Positions 27,065 to 41,879 of a stretch of 55,985 nucleotides of DNA are shown here, one piece after another. Under the pieces are notes generated by a model that saw only the letters and a list, made by a program, of their open reading frames with translations, had not been told where the DNA came from and searched no databases. The stretch is from positions 1 through 55,985 of the forward strand of contig NW_021836829.1 of assembly GCF_006345805.1 (NCBI RefSeq), read 5' to 3'. Each line of letters opens with the position of its first letter. Positions within the stretch are counted from its first letter, which is position 1. The translations under genes were made by a program, and so were the position numbers. Source of the DNA: Octopus sinensis (lineage: Eukaryota).

Positions 27065-27645
27065 GACCAATTAAAAATCCTTCAGCTTCTGCATTGAATC
27101 CTGAGCTTCTCAGCCATTCTTGGGATTTTGCTTTCTCTATTTCTTTTCTATTTAGCTAAACCTAATATTTACCATGGATGGGGTTTTCTTACCATCGTCT
27201 TATAATAATACGTTGCTTGGATTTCAATTGTTGCTCATCTCTTTTTGTTTCATCTTCTTCTTCATGGTATTATGACTTCTTTTTTGTTTCTGTCAGATTT
27301 TTCAGAGCAGAAAACATTTTTTTGTTTCGTTCGAATTTTGTGCCTATTTGTGTTAGTTTTACTTGCTTCTAAAGTAGGTATTTCTGTAGTCCTTTGGTGG
27401 TTATTTTATAATGGTTTTCTAGTTGCACAAGGCCTAAACCAGCTTCAATACGTTGTAAATATAGCGTTTCTATGTCAGATTTTGTGTGGTGAATCCTAAA
27501 TCCTGTCATTCTTTTTCTTGATTTCCTGTCTATTTTGATTAGTTCATTTAGAGTATTGTAGCTGTAGCTTATAACTGGAATGGCTAGAGTGTTCATAACT
27601 GTTATCTTGTATTTTGCATTGAACACTGTTTTCAGTATCAATTTT
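27065..27645 (-). pseudogene. R4/Dong-clade non-LTR retrotransposon fragment (RT thumb to C-terminal region), frameshifted
   Basis: ORF 27369-27641 reads ILKTVFNAKYKITVMNTLAIPVISYSY..IDRKSRK..HHTKSDIETLYLQRIEAGLGL, like the LYLPRxxGGRGL motif. Downstream HGKY and WLRSSGFNAEAEGFL. Confidence 0.8.
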
Positions 27646-28003
27646 TGAAGTCGAGTAGCCGATCCTGTTAAAAAGTCCCCTCAAGAAGTGTTGTTTAAGG
27701 ATGTTGAACGAAACACCCAGGTTTCCAAGGGTGTATTATCCAAGCCCCCCAAAATTCCTCACAACACATGGTTATGATGCTCCCCCTCTACTTCAGCTCG
27801 TGATCAGAGATGCACATATCGTCAGTCACTAAGGGACATGAGCAACTGTTTATGATCAAATAACTGGCAAGCAAATCTGAGATATTGAGGAGAATATTTG
27901 CTGTAGCCCACCATTTCTACCTAGACAAAACAATGTATATGACAACACTTCCAAATAGTTAAGATCAGAGTCATGAGAGCCACTAACTGGTACTACATCA
28001 GAA
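27646..28003 (-). mobile_element. Repeat family D, (TAA)-associated, joined to the R4 fragment
   Basis: 27650-27757 matches 28232-28341 (GAGTAGCC.ATC..GTTGTTTAAGGATGTTGAA..CCC..GTTTCCA). Bounded by (TTA)n. Strand is inferred. Confidence 0.55.
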
Positions 28004-28004
28004 A

Positions 28005-28034
<30 letters not shown>

Positions 28035-28035
<1 letters not shown>

Positions 28036-28341
28036 GAGTGAGAGAGCAGTTCATGCCATCAAAGTGACACTGGGGTAAAATATACGAAGCCCAATACACC
28101 CATCATGACTACCCGTCTGATAAGGGTACACCAGGCACATGCATCACAACCATATGTGCGCGACATGGTGATCTCATATCAAGATAAACAGCGCATGACC
28201 TTGCAGGTGGGGCCCAGTTAGAATTTTCTTCAGGTTGAGTAGCCCATCTCGCTCCAAAGGTCCCTGAATAAGGGTTGTTTAAGGATGTTGAAAGAACAAC
28301 CCATGTTTCCAGAGGTGAATTATTCAAACCCCAAAGAATCC
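28035..28341 (-). mobile_element. Repeat family D copy embedded in (TTA)n
   Basis: Complex sequence with (TTA)n on both sides; homologous to 27650-27757. Strand is inferred. Confidence 0.6.
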
Positions 28342-28365
28342 TATTATTATTATTATTATTATTAC

Positions 28366-28425
<60 letters not shown>

Positions 28426-28564
28426 TATTATTATTATTTTTATTAAATTTCCGAGAGGTTTGCCTTTATCACTTCGGGGTCGATAAAATAAGTACCAGTT
28501 GAACACTGTGGTCGATATAATCGACTCATTCCCTCCCGCATAACAGCCTATTATTATTTTTAAC

Positions 28565-28633
<69 letters not shown>

Positions 28634-28660
28634 TATCGTTATTATTAGTAGTACTATCAG
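28342..28660. repeat. (TTA)n microsatellite containing a SINE B fragment (28446-28545, +)
   Basis: Fragment TTCGGGGTCGATAAAATAAGTACCAGTT within the TTA tract. Confidence 0.8.
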
Positions 28661-28798
28661 CAGCATTAACATTAATGATAGTCGCATAAAATATGAAAAA
28701 AAAAAATGAAGAAAAATCTAGAAGGAAAGCAAGGAAAAACGTAGAGAGTGAAGAATCGGTACATAAACAAGATGTCGGAATATAATATAGTAGACAAA

Positions 28799-28837
<39 letters not shown>

Positions 28838-29324
28838 ACGTCTATCAGCCGTTGATAAGGGATAGCAAATGTAAGAGAAAGGGCGAATCTGTGTCGTAAT
28901 GTCTGCGCGTATCCAATATGCAAATATGTATGTATGCATGTATATCCATGGCATTCATGTAACATGCCGCCATGACCGATTGATAAGCGTTTGTTTACCA
29001 TTGTTCTTTTATTCTTCAGAAGTCTGCAATCGCATAAATATGGCTCATTACCATGTCGAAATCGTTTGAGAGAGCTAATTATAAAGTTGACCTCCTTCTG
29101 TCTTTCTTTGTACATACATACACACATAGAAATATACATACATATATACATACATACATACATACATAATATTATGTATATAAGATATATTATAAATATA
29201 CTGTATATCCATAATATATAAAATTATATATATACATGTATATAAACCTTGATATATACAAATACAGGTTTATATACATATATATGTATGTATATATATA
29301 TATACATATATATATTATATATAG

Positions 29325-29364
<40 letters not shown>

Positions 29365-29762
29365 GTATATATATACATACATACATATATAATATATATA
29401 TATATATAAAATGTCTATATACATATATATATATATATATATACTGCTTATATGTAAGCTTGTATAAAAACATATCTATATTTATACATACATACATGCA
29501 TACATACATACAAACATACATACATATACACACCACACACACACATATATATATGTATATATATATATAAGCACGCACATATATACTTATAAATATATAT
29601 ATAGTTTCCTCTCCATTCATCCATTTTCAAGTCGTTTCCTCCAATAAATCTTTCATGCTGATAAGCCGCAAATGCTTAAAAGAAAACAAAAAAATCAAAC
29701 TGTGTGGCAGAAAACGCGATGAGGGTGGGGGGGGGGTGGAGAGTTGCAAGACTATTAGGAAT

Positions 29763-29796
<34 letters not shown>

Positions 29797-30056
29797 GAGG
29801 GATAGACGGAGGAAGTGTGGGGGAAATGACGTGAATAAGACGCAATCGCAGTTATATTGAAGCAGACGAGGTCTTGCATGAATAATTGTTCAAGAAAAAA
29901 ACCTTTTAGAACTCCTCCACATATGCAGAAAATTACGTATGTTTACACAAAGCCACTTGCAAATGTACAAATGCAGATACAAGCAAACATCGCACACGCT
30001 CTCGCAGACATGCTTTGCAGTTTTAGACTTTAGTGCCCTAACATATATATATATAC

Positions 30057-30136
<80 letters not shown>

Positions 30137-30406
30137 GTATTTATTTATGTATTAAGAGCTTACTTTACGTATGATCCCTAATGAAGTAGAAGGAGAGTTG
30201 CATGCAATATTTATCTCTGACTTAGCAATGCCTTGTGAGATGGAAGTGTTAGAGTAAACCATGCGAGATCATTTACCTCATGTATCTGTCGAGATTTCTA
30301 TCCATCTATGTGTTTGTCTGTCTGTCATTCTCTCTGACCGTGATATTTTTTCTCTCTATAGATACATACATACATACATACATACATACATACATACGTA
30401 CTATAT

Positions 30407-30438
<32 letters not shown>

Positions 30439-30443
30439 CACAT

Positions 30444-30486
<43 letters not shown>

Positions 30487-30491
<5 letters not shown>

Positions 30492-30695
30492 TAATCCAAA
30501 CATGATAACATAAAGAGAAAACACCACAACGCGAGGACGTGGAACAAATATAGTATTATTGGACGCTCAGGAAGGAAGGGAAGAAGGAGGGTTTTACGTT
30601 TCGAGCGGAGCTCTTCGTCGGAAACATAGGAGAAGGAAAGATCCCGAGAAGGGAAGACAGAGGGAAAAAAATCGCCAACGGTACACACGAGGTAA
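30487..30695 (-). mobile_element. Family P1 element (best-preserved copy)
   Basis: Abuts (TA)n. Minus strand CCGACGAAGAGCTCCGCTCGAAACGT at 30596-30621. Confidence 0.65.
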
Positions 30696-30699
30696 CATG

Positions 30700-31075
30700 G
30701 GACAAGAACGCAAAGCATCCAGACGACGATACAGAAAAAAAACGGACGGGTCATTCGAAGCCTTTAATCTTCGGTCAAGAACCGGATCATTCTCGCAATT
30801 TCGGATGATTAATCGTGAGATTGCTCCAATCCGGCCAGACCCAAGGAAAAACTAAGCTAAGAGTATTAGATTCCTTGGAAAAAAGCTTCGAATGTATACG
30901 GAACAAGGACAGAAAAAACGGACGATGTTACACGAATAAAAATACAAAAATAATACAAAAAACAATAATAGTAATAATAAGAGGACAACACAACAGGCGT
31001 CTTTCGACTGGAGACGAATTGAATTCAGCTGGCGTGTTTGGAATTGAGCCTTATGAAGATCGATCTCCCCTGGTG
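30700..31075 (-). mobile_element. Family P2 repeat
   Basis: Similar to 22350-22850. Minus strand TTGACCGAAGATTAAAGGCTTCGAATGACCC. Confidence 0.5.
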
Positions 31076-31582
31076 CTACATGAACATTTAATGTGGTTTT
31101 AGAGTCAAGTGTTGACTGCTATTTCCAGCGTGGAGGTATCAATTAGATAACCTCAGTCATAATTTTATACATATATATATCCCCATAAACACACACTCTA
31201 CACTCACACACACGCACACATGTACATATAATATATGTAAAAGGAGAAATGAATACAAAACCAAGGCCGGAGCAGCATCTCAGGTCGCTTAGAATAGTTA
31301 ATTACAATAAGCTGAATCAAAGAAGGAGTAAAATTTTACTGTTTTTTTTAATTACTGCATCTTTTATTCACTTTACTCTAATTAAATATAATGAATGGTC
31401 TGAGATACTCGTCCTGCCTTGTTTTTGCTTTCCTTTTCCTTGCATATATAACTGTTAACATGGAAGCCTACAACGGGGTCGATAGCTCCAGCCCCAGTTG
31501 TGAACTTGGAATCTAGTGGATGACCAATTAGTGGACTTACCTACTCGTTTAGATCACCAGTGAGCTAAACTCCACATATCTT

Positions 31583-31612
31583 ATCTCTCTCTCACACACA
31601 CGCACACACACA

Positions 31613-31685
<73 letters not shown>

Positions 31686-31762
31686 CATCTATCTCTCTAT
31701 CTATCTCTCTATCTCTCTCTCTCCCTCTTTTCTGTATATATAATATATATATATATATATAG
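31583..31762. repeat. (CA)/(CT)/(ATCT)/(TA) microsatellites
   Basis: Directly visible. Confidence 0.9.
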
Positions 31763-32249
31763 AGTGTTTGTGTGAGAATCGTCTACAGTGTCAAATGGTA
31801 CTTTTCTTTATCGCTCCAGGGGGACTGACTTACTAAGTTAACCTCTGTAATATTAGAACCAAGAACATAAAGTGGTGAATACTGAATATATATATATCTA
31901 TATCTATATATATATATATATATATATATATGATTGTGTGTATATGTGTGTACCTTTGAATATATACGAACACATACATATATTCGTTTACACCTACGCA
32001 TACATTCTGTCATTCATTTCTCTTTCATGTTTTTGTTTTGTTTTTATTGGAAGGTTGTATTTTGTTTTTTAATTCTTCAATACATGGCATGTACTTTTAT
32101 ATTTATCCATCCACATACCTATGCAACTATTGTCATCTATGCATAAAGGCAGATGCATATATATATGAGGATATACATGTCTGCGTGACTATTTGTGTGC
32201 ATATTTATATATATATATATATATAAACAAATATATATATATACAAAAC

Positions 32250-32295
<46 letters not shown>

Positions 32296-33097
32296 TGTAT
32301 GTATATATGTATATACATATGTATGTATGTATGTACGTGTGCGTGTGTTTGTATGTGTATGATTGTATGTCGATGTCTATGGAGTGAAAGTTTGTATATT
32401 TTCAATAAAGTAAAATTGTATGAAATCGCCATTTCGTTTTTTTTTTGACAGCAAAATTGAAAAACCAAAAAAAAAATTAGTAATAAAACCGTAATACAAA
32501 TGGCAAAAAAAATAATAAAACACTACAAATGTTAATATGAAATGTAAGCTTTGTAATTGATTAAATAAATAATAAAATTATATACTTATTCAACTCGTTC
32601 ACTAAACATTACAAGTACTCATTCGCTTTCACACTCAGCTCACCAACTCGCTCACAGCATTTACAGTGGAGTATCATTATATCAGTTAAATAAATTACTT
32701 GCAGCTTTTGAAAATTATTGTTGCGTACCAAGTAACCAGGTACAATTATATTCAAATTTTGAAAATGTTTATTGCGGTAAAAATATTTCCTAAGAACTTT
32801 ACAATATCTATATTATGAAAACAAAATTCTCATTTTGCTTTTTATTATTCGTTCGGTGCGAAAAAAAAAGACTGCTTAGTAGATGACTATTTGTGTATTT
32901 ATTGAAATACATCGGTTTTCGTTGCGAGGCACATTGTCAGAGTATAGCGTTGAAAAGTTTCATGGCGTTTAGACAAGTACATTTTATAACATATTGATTT
33001 AAAAAGAAAAAAAAGTGTTTTTAAAAATTCATTTTGTTGTACAAGACATCATAAAGTATGTACAACTCACGTGCTGTATATAACATTGATTTCAAAT

Positions 33098-33272
33098 TTT
33101 GGCACAAGGCCAGCAATGTCGGGAAAGTGGCTAAGGGAACCCCAGTGCTCAAGCCTGATAGAATGAATGGCAAAGTCGACCCCTGTGGCACTTGAACCCC
33201 AAACGATAAGACGGACGAAAAGCTGCTACGCATCTTGTCCGGCGCGCTAACGATTCTGCCAGTTTACGCCTC
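33098..33272 (-). mobile_element. SINE family B, decayed (tail-2 type)
   Basis: GGCAAAGTCGAC..., CGCTAACGATTCTGCCAG. Confidence 0.75.
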
Positions 33273-33429
33273 ACATATGCTGATCCACAAAATATGGGTC
33301 CTCGTCTCTGAGATCGGCCTTTCCTTTCATCCTTATTGAGCTGGCAAAATTGAAGACCGCTTGGTACTGGGGTTACTTTAATTTACTAACCTCAATAGTC
33401 ACAGGTCGAATTTCTATAAGAAACATCTT

Positions 33430-33847
33430 TATATTCTTTTATTGTTTTACTTTTCTCAGTCATTTGACCGCGGCCATGCTGGAGCACCGCCTTTAGTCGA
33501 ACAAATCGACCCCAGGACTTTTTCTTTGTAAACCTAGTACTTATTCTATCGGTCACTTTTGCCGAATCGCTAAGTTTCGGGGGACATAAACATGTAAACA
33601 CCGGTGGTCAAGCGATGGTGTGAGGGACAAACCTACACACACACACAAATACGTACATGCACTCTCACACACACATATACATACGACAGTTTCTTTCAGT
33701 TTCTGTCTACCAAATCCTCTTGTAAAGCTTTGGCCGTCCGGAGACTATAGCAGAAGACATTTGCTGAAGGTGACACGCAATTGGACTGAACCCGGATCCA
33801 TGTGATTGGGAAGCAAGCTTCTTGCCACACAGCTACGCCTGCGCCTA
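33430..33847 (-). mobile_element. SINE family A, full length
   Basis: Reverse complement of the consensus from tail to head. Confidence 0.9.
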
Positions 33848-33869
33848 TGTATATGAACAAAGAGTCGAA

Positions 33870-34105
33870 TGCCCTGCCCAAGGCGTACGCTCATAAGGCT
33901 GCGTTCTGGGATATTGCGACAAAGATTTTCCCCATTGAGGGGGACACCTGCCAGTCAGAGGATTACTAAGTCTTGTCTCCTGAGTGAACTGGACCAACGT
34001 GAAATGAAACGTTCTATTCTCAAGAATACAACGCATTGCCTGGTCCAGGAACTTAAACCATAATCTTAGCATCATGAGTGCAATATCCTATCTACTAAGT
34101 CAGCT
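33870..34105 (-). mobile_element. Decayed tRNA-derived SINE (CORE-like)
   Basis: CTGAGTGAACTGGACCAACGTGAAATGAAAC..CTCAAGAATACAACGCA followed by a degenerate tRNA-like head on the minus strand. Family recognised from memory only. Confidence 0.45.
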
Positions 34106-34727
34106 ATTCGCCTCCATGCCATATGTATATATATATATGTGTGTGTGTATGTGTGTGTGTGTGTGTGTAGTGTATTTGATTAATATGCTGTTGAAAGGGA
34201 ATAGTTTAAATGCATAATAATTGCGCAGCTTAGGTACCGTAGAAATATTTATGTGTAGAGACCTGTGAATAGCGCACATGCTTCAATAGTAGGGCCGTTA
34301 TGAGATGAATGTGGTCATTATCGATGCAAGAGCTCTCTGCACAGCCTTATACAAACACTTGTACATTTACACATGTATGCAGATATGCATACATACATAC
34401 ATACATACACACTGTTTGCTAAATTTTTCTTGCGAACATTTCTTAGTGGTAAGAACATACCGGATCTACCTCTAGCATAAGGTTTGTCCACATAGTGGTC
34501 ATCCTCTCTATGTATATGTATATATATATATATATATATATAGATATATATATATGTATGTATGGGCAGATTCTGCACAATACTAATGTACATATGTGTG
34601 TGTCTGTGTACGTGTGTGCGTGTGCATGTATATATAATATATATATATATATAATATATATATAATATATATACATATATACATACATACATACATACAT
34701 ACATACATTTATATATAATATATATAT

Positions 34728-34760
<33 letters not shown>

Positions 34761-36239
34761 CTATATTATATATTATATATAAAAGCAGGATAATCAGAAC
34801 GTCGAATATTATACTGAGGAATTGACCTAGGATGACGGATTAATGCACTTTTGTTTGAAAGATCTGACCAATCAGATTTCACCCGAGAAAATAAACAACA
34901 AAGAAACCGATAGCGGTCACATAAACACCTACAAAAAAAAAAGCCCCAAAAAACAGCCAATAACAATTGGCATATTTTCACATTCTCTTTGCCCGGATCT
35001 CAATTGTCAGTTGTTGATATACCTTGTTGTTTCCATGGATGTTATTACCAAAAATATATCTATAATCTATGCCTACTTGCTTTCGAAAAGCAGGTTAAGA
35101 AATGAATCGCTTTCGAGCTATTTTCTAATACGTCTTTTGAACTTTATGCAAAGACACCTTTTATAATTATAACATATTATATATGATTATCCTTATTGTA
35201 TGGGGCATTCGGAACTTTCAAAGTGGCATTTTCAGGATAATTACAGCCTTTAGGGTCTGAGCTCAACCTATACTGGCGTCAGTTTTGTCTTTCATTCTTC
35301 CATGGTCGATAAAATTAATAACACTAAAATACCTGATTTGTACATATATCAGAAATTTCTGTGAAACAGTTTTTGTGGTACGACAGTGTTTAAGAACCAA
35401 CGCCACATTAATAGATGAACGTAAGAATATATATATAAATAAATAGATAAAATAATATAAATAAAATAAAATAGTATAATCCACAACCAATGAAGCTGAT
35501 TAATAGCATCTTATTGAATAGGAGGCTGGTGCCGGTGAAGACGAAGTTTTTCTCAAAATATGGCCGCCATCAAATATAATGTATCGATGCTTTTTGCGTT
35601 ACTTCGTCTCATATAAGCAAGCCAATGTTGAGCAAATAGCTATAGTTAAAGATGTTCCACTCGTGACCACCGCGTCTTTATTAAGATTTAGTGTGCGTTT
35701 TGCGTATCAAACCACGCTATACAATATTTTCTGCGTTTCTGTGTTTATAAAATTTTATTAAAATATGGCAGATATTGAAAAAAACCCAGCTGAAACCGCC
35801 ACAAGAGATTTTCGCGCCGGTTCATCACTCTCTTTTCCAGCAATACTTTACAATTATGTTTAGCTTTATGCATGAAATGAAGGATCTGGCGTGACCGAAT
35901 CGGTAGATTAGCCGATTAAATGACCGTTTACTTTGCAGTTCGATAGAGTGCCGATAAAGTGAGTACAAGTCAAATAGTACGGGCCATTAATCAACTAAAC
36001 ACTCGTGGTTTATTTGTTTGGCCATGTGACAATGACAGAAGGCAATATTATTAATAAAATATGTCAGGAATTGGGCGGATTACTACATTTCAGACAATAT
36101 TCGTAGCGGGTTTTTGTTCCAGCTTTTTATGTTCTGTGTTCAAATTCTGCGAAGGCCAGCTGTGAGTTGTGTCATACTAGGGGCCTACAAAATAATGCAC
36201 ACTTCAATTATCACTAATGGGCTATTCGCATACCCGCGG

Positions 36240-37362
36240 CTGGAAACGTATCTCCAAAGACCAAGAAGATCTCAAGCAAGTTATGAGGTACTTCAAAATT
36301 GTCCGACCCATTTTGAAGCGTTGTTAATGGAAAAGGTATGTTCCAAGATTAGAACCTATTTCTTTATTACCCACAAGGGGCTAAACATAGATGGGACAAA
36401 CAAGGACAGACATAGGTATTAAGTCGATTCCATCGACCCCAGTGCGTAACTAGTACTTAATTTATCGACCCCGAAAGGATGAAAGGCAAAGTCGACCTCG
36501 GCGGAATTTGAACTCACAGCGCAACGACAGACGAAATATGGCTACGCATTTCGCCCGGCGTGCTAACGTTTCTGCCAGCTCACCGCCTTATTCCAAGATT
36601 AGAACCATGTTATTAATGACCATGATCAAGTCGGGAGAGTGCAGTATTGGCGAGTGGTACTTGGCACGATGTGTAGAAGATGCACACTTTCCAACAAAGA
36701 TTGTGTGGAGTGCTGAGGCCACGTTCAAATTAAATGGTTTGATTAACAGCTACAATTGCACCTACTGGCGACCTGAGAATCCGCATGTTATGTTGGAACA
36801 CAATGTTAATTTACCAGGAGCTAGAGTGTAGTGTGGCTTATCATTAAGAGGATTAATTGGACCATTCTATTTTGAATCTACTAGAACTGGTCCCGTTTAC
36901 TTGAAGCTGCTGCAATAGCCTGTCATGCCAAACATCTTAGAGGACTTTGAAGATGGGGAGGTTTGTTTTCACCGAGATATGGGACCCCGCACGACCATCG
37001 CGATGTTAGATCCCTCCTTGACGAGATCTTGCCAAACATGTGGATTGGACGAAAGGGTTTCGTTGAATATTTTCCGCAGTCACCACTAAACTTTTTTTTC
37101 CATAGGGATACCTAAAAGACAAACTCTACGCTATGAAACATGTAACAGTAGCATGCTTGAGAGCAGCCATTGAACGAGAATGCACATAAACAGCAAGCGA
37201 ATTGTTTCGTTATGTTTGCGCTTCCATTGCTTCACGTTGCCAGCAGTGCCCGGACCAGAGCTAACGTCAGTTTGAGAAGAAGCGCTGACAAAACAATAAA
37301 ATAATGTCTGTGCATTCTATTAAATTTCGAAAATGAAATGTATTTTACTAAACACCGTGTCT
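36240..37362 (+). pseudogene. Decayed Tc1/mariner-superfamily DDE transposase (rosa/DD41D-like)
   Basis: [28 protein letters not shown] (cf. WSDEA.F.LNG.VN..NC.YW..ENP), V*CGLSLRGLIGPFYF, WIGRKG and GYLKDKLY, with stops and frameshifts. Interrupted by SINE B. Start coordinate is approximate. Confidence 0.85.
36357..36590 (-). mobile_element. SINE family B monomer inserted in the transposase remnant
   Basis: Perfect 16-bp TSD TTCCAAGATTAGAACC at 36341 and 36591. Confidence 0.93.
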
Positions 37363-37378
37363 ACAATTATAAACAAAA

Positions 37379-37419
37379 ATTGAATAATAGAAACACGAAA
37401 GAAAAACACCAACTACACA

Positions 37420-37470
<51 letters not shown>

Positions 37471-37586
37471 ATATATATACATATATAATATATGTATGTA
37501 TGTATATATATTATATATATAATATATATATATATATATATTGTGGTATTTTCTCGGTCTTTTTCTTTCGTGTTTCTATATTCAAT
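37379..37586. repeat. 31-bp inverted repeat flanking a microsatellite
   Basis: ATTGAATAATAGAAACACGAAAGAAAAACACC (37379-37410) vs the reverse complement of 37556-37586; one indel and one mismatch. Confidence 0.75.
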
Positions 37587-37589
37587 ATA

Positions 37590-37632
<43 letters not shown>

Positions 37633-37649
37633 TATGGATATATATATAT

Positions 37650-37717
<68 letters not shown>

Positions 37718-38112
37718 TATATAATAATAAGTATATATTATATATACATATATATATACATATATATATAAGTATATATATATATATTATACATATATAC
37801 ATACATATATATATATATATACACACCTGTATATATATTTGAGGAATTGTATATATAATAAGACCTATTTAATAAACTGGTAGTGCGTGATGTTCTTGAG
37901 CAAAGCATTCATCTCACGTTATTCTGCGATCCCGTCGATGCCTGACACGTGGTGGGCCGTTCACCCATTCAGGCAACATTGATTGCATGAACGATTTAAT
38001 GTGATTTAATGCGCTGTACAAATATTTAAACATTAGAAGCAAATTATTTGTGCAGGTCGTTCGGCAATAAATGAAATATTCATACGCCGTCATCAGCGCG
38101 AGTGTCCATTAG

Positions 38113-38143
<31 letters not shown>

Positions 38144-38799
38144 GGAGTGCGCGGAAAGTTTACGAGAAGATGCGTGCTTGCTAGAGGGAGTTAGAGAGAG
38201 AGAGAGAGGGCGAACGAGGTGGGGTGAGAGAATATATTGTAAATCCACGTTTCAGGTTTCAAATCCAGAGGCAGTTATGAATATGCTGGAGATCAAAATG
38301 TAATGAATATAAAACAGGAATCTTTGAATATTCTAACAACCTTTGAGAGAATAAAACGAAAAAATTGGATAATATATGATGTCGGCATAACAATTATTTG
38401 AGAAAATTAAAAAGATAGTAAAGTGATATAAGATACAAGGTTGTTAAGAGATATAAGAGGGATATAGCGAACACTGAAAGGGAAAGAAAAAAAATTAACT
38501 ACGTATGGAAGTGTGAATACCTGTAATTAACAAGAATTTGAGGCAAAACCAGAAGTGAAACGAAGACATTACTCTAGCCGCCCGCCAACACTTTTTCAGC
38601 GAAATAGGGGCAGCTTATCCTGTTCAAGCTATACTATTAGCATTATCTTGCGTTTGAGAATTTAAAAATCACTTCTTTAACTTTCATTAATTTATGTTTG
38701 ACTGAATATAGTGTTATAGTAAATAATTCAAATCATACCTACACTAACAACATCAACGAACAAGAGCCAGCCTTGAATAAGGATTTATTAAATATCACT

Positions 38800-39850
<1,051 letters not shown>

Positions 39851-40263
39851 AAGACTTTTTGCATAAGTGGAATATAATTACACAGAACATATATATTTAG
39901 CGAAGTAAAAACAAAAACACCAAAATAAAGAGACTTACGTTAGAATGGCATCTAATTCGCAGACTAAAATTCCCTTCTGGAAAGATTTCTTCTCAATTTG
40001 CATATATTCTAAACAGGAATAATAACGGTGTTTTAAAAATATTTACAATTCTATTAGATTGTAACGATAATAATTGTTGTTTAGTGTTCACTTGAAAATG
40101 TCTTAGAGCGTTTATGCAAATTCTACAAAACTAATTTAGCATATAGTTACATAAGTCAACATATCGAAGAGAAACCAAAACATTTTTGGTAAAATTCTTC
40201 TTGATCACCAAATCCATTTTTAGCATCGAAATACGCGTATATATTTTATATATATATATATAT

Positions 40264-40441
40264 AGGCGCTGGAGTGTCTGTGTGGGAATTAGCTTGTTTA
40301 CCAACCTCATGGTTCCGGGTTCAGTCCCACTGCATGGCACCTTGGGCAAGTGTCTTCTACTATAGCCTCGGGCCGACCAAAGCCTAGTGAGTGGATTTGG
40401 TAGACGGAAACTGAAAGAAGCCTCGCATATATGTATATATA

Positions 40442-40505
<64 letters not shown>

Positions 40506-40720
40506 CGTGTATGTTTCGGTGTCTGTATTGTCCCCCTAGCATTGCTTGACACCGATGCTGGTGTGTTTATGTCACCGTCACTTAGCGGTTCGGCAAAAGA
40601 GACCGATAGACTAAGTACTGGGCTTACAAAGAATAAGTCCCGGGGTGGAGTTGCTCGATTAAAGGCGGTGCTCCAGCATGGCCGCAGTCAAATGACTGAA
40701 ACAAGTAAAAGAGTAAAGAG
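40264..40720 (+). mobile_element. SINE family A, full length
   Basis: Complete head, central microsatellite and tail. Confidence 0.92.
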
Positions 40721-40767
40721 CATATATATATATATATATAATATATATATATATAAACTTATACAAA

Positions 40768-40919
40768 AGACACAAGCGTGGTTGTGTGGCAAGATGTTTA
40801 CGCTCCAACTACATGGTTCCAGGTTCAGTTGCCTTAGGTAAATGTCTTCTGGTGTATGCTTGGGACGACCAAAGCAATATCAGTGGATTTGGTTGACAAA
40901 CTCAGAGAGAAGCCCGTCG

Positions 40920-40921
<2 letters not shown>
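40768..40921 (+). mobile_element. SINE family A 5' half, decayed
   Basis: ACATGGTTCCAGGTTCAGT...GACCAAAGC...GTGGATTTGGT...GAAGCCCGTCGT. Confidence 0.75.
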
Positions 40922-40992
<71 letters not shown>

Positions 40993-41127
40993 AAATGTAT
41001 AATTAAGACATCAATTATGATATCTAGATGAATATAAGCTAAAGGGTTGCACCTGATTGATTTGGAAATTTGTTTTCCAAAATTATATATATATATATAT
41101 ATTGGAAAGGATGTGCGGGGTTCGATA

Positions 41128-41278
41128 ATATATAATATAAATGATACATAAATAGGTGCATATATACATATATATATACGTACATACCTAAATATATATG
41201 TATATATACATGCATATATGGGTACAGGACATCACAAAAACGTTGAAAATAATGAGACACAAAACATAAAAACAAAAC
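41128..41278 (-). mobile_element. Family P3 terminal fragment
   Basis: ATGCATATATGGGTACAGGACATCACAAAAACGTTGAA..AATGAGA..CAAAACATAAA. Confidence 0.7.
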
Positions 41279-41793
41279 TTATATATACTTCGAGCAAGCA
41301 TGAAGACACCCTGAAAAACCCTCCTCCCCTAAATGGGGACCTTACTTTTCATTATGTTCTGTGCTACGAAGCATAGCAGGCCTTGCCGTCCACTCAAAAA
41401 AAACCCCAAAAACATAGCGAATGATACACAAGATCCAAAATCTTTGGTGCCTAGATACAAAATGTTTGGTACCTACATACAAAATACAATTCAATATATA
41501 TCTATATGGAACAACATCATGTAATATATAGACTCGCTTTCAAACTTAAAGGAACCAATTTATTTGCTCGCATAAATAATAGTTGTGACTCTTCTATGTA
41601 TTTGTTGATGTACGTGAATTACTTTTAAGTTTTGGAAATTTTTCTTGATTATATTTCAAACACTAAAATATTATAGGCGACTTAAAATTACCACACAATC
41701 ATTATATTTTCACACACACGCATATAGGTTACTGTGAGTTCGTATATATATACATAGTTATATATATATATATATAATATATATATATATATT

Positions 41794-41879
<86 letters not shown>

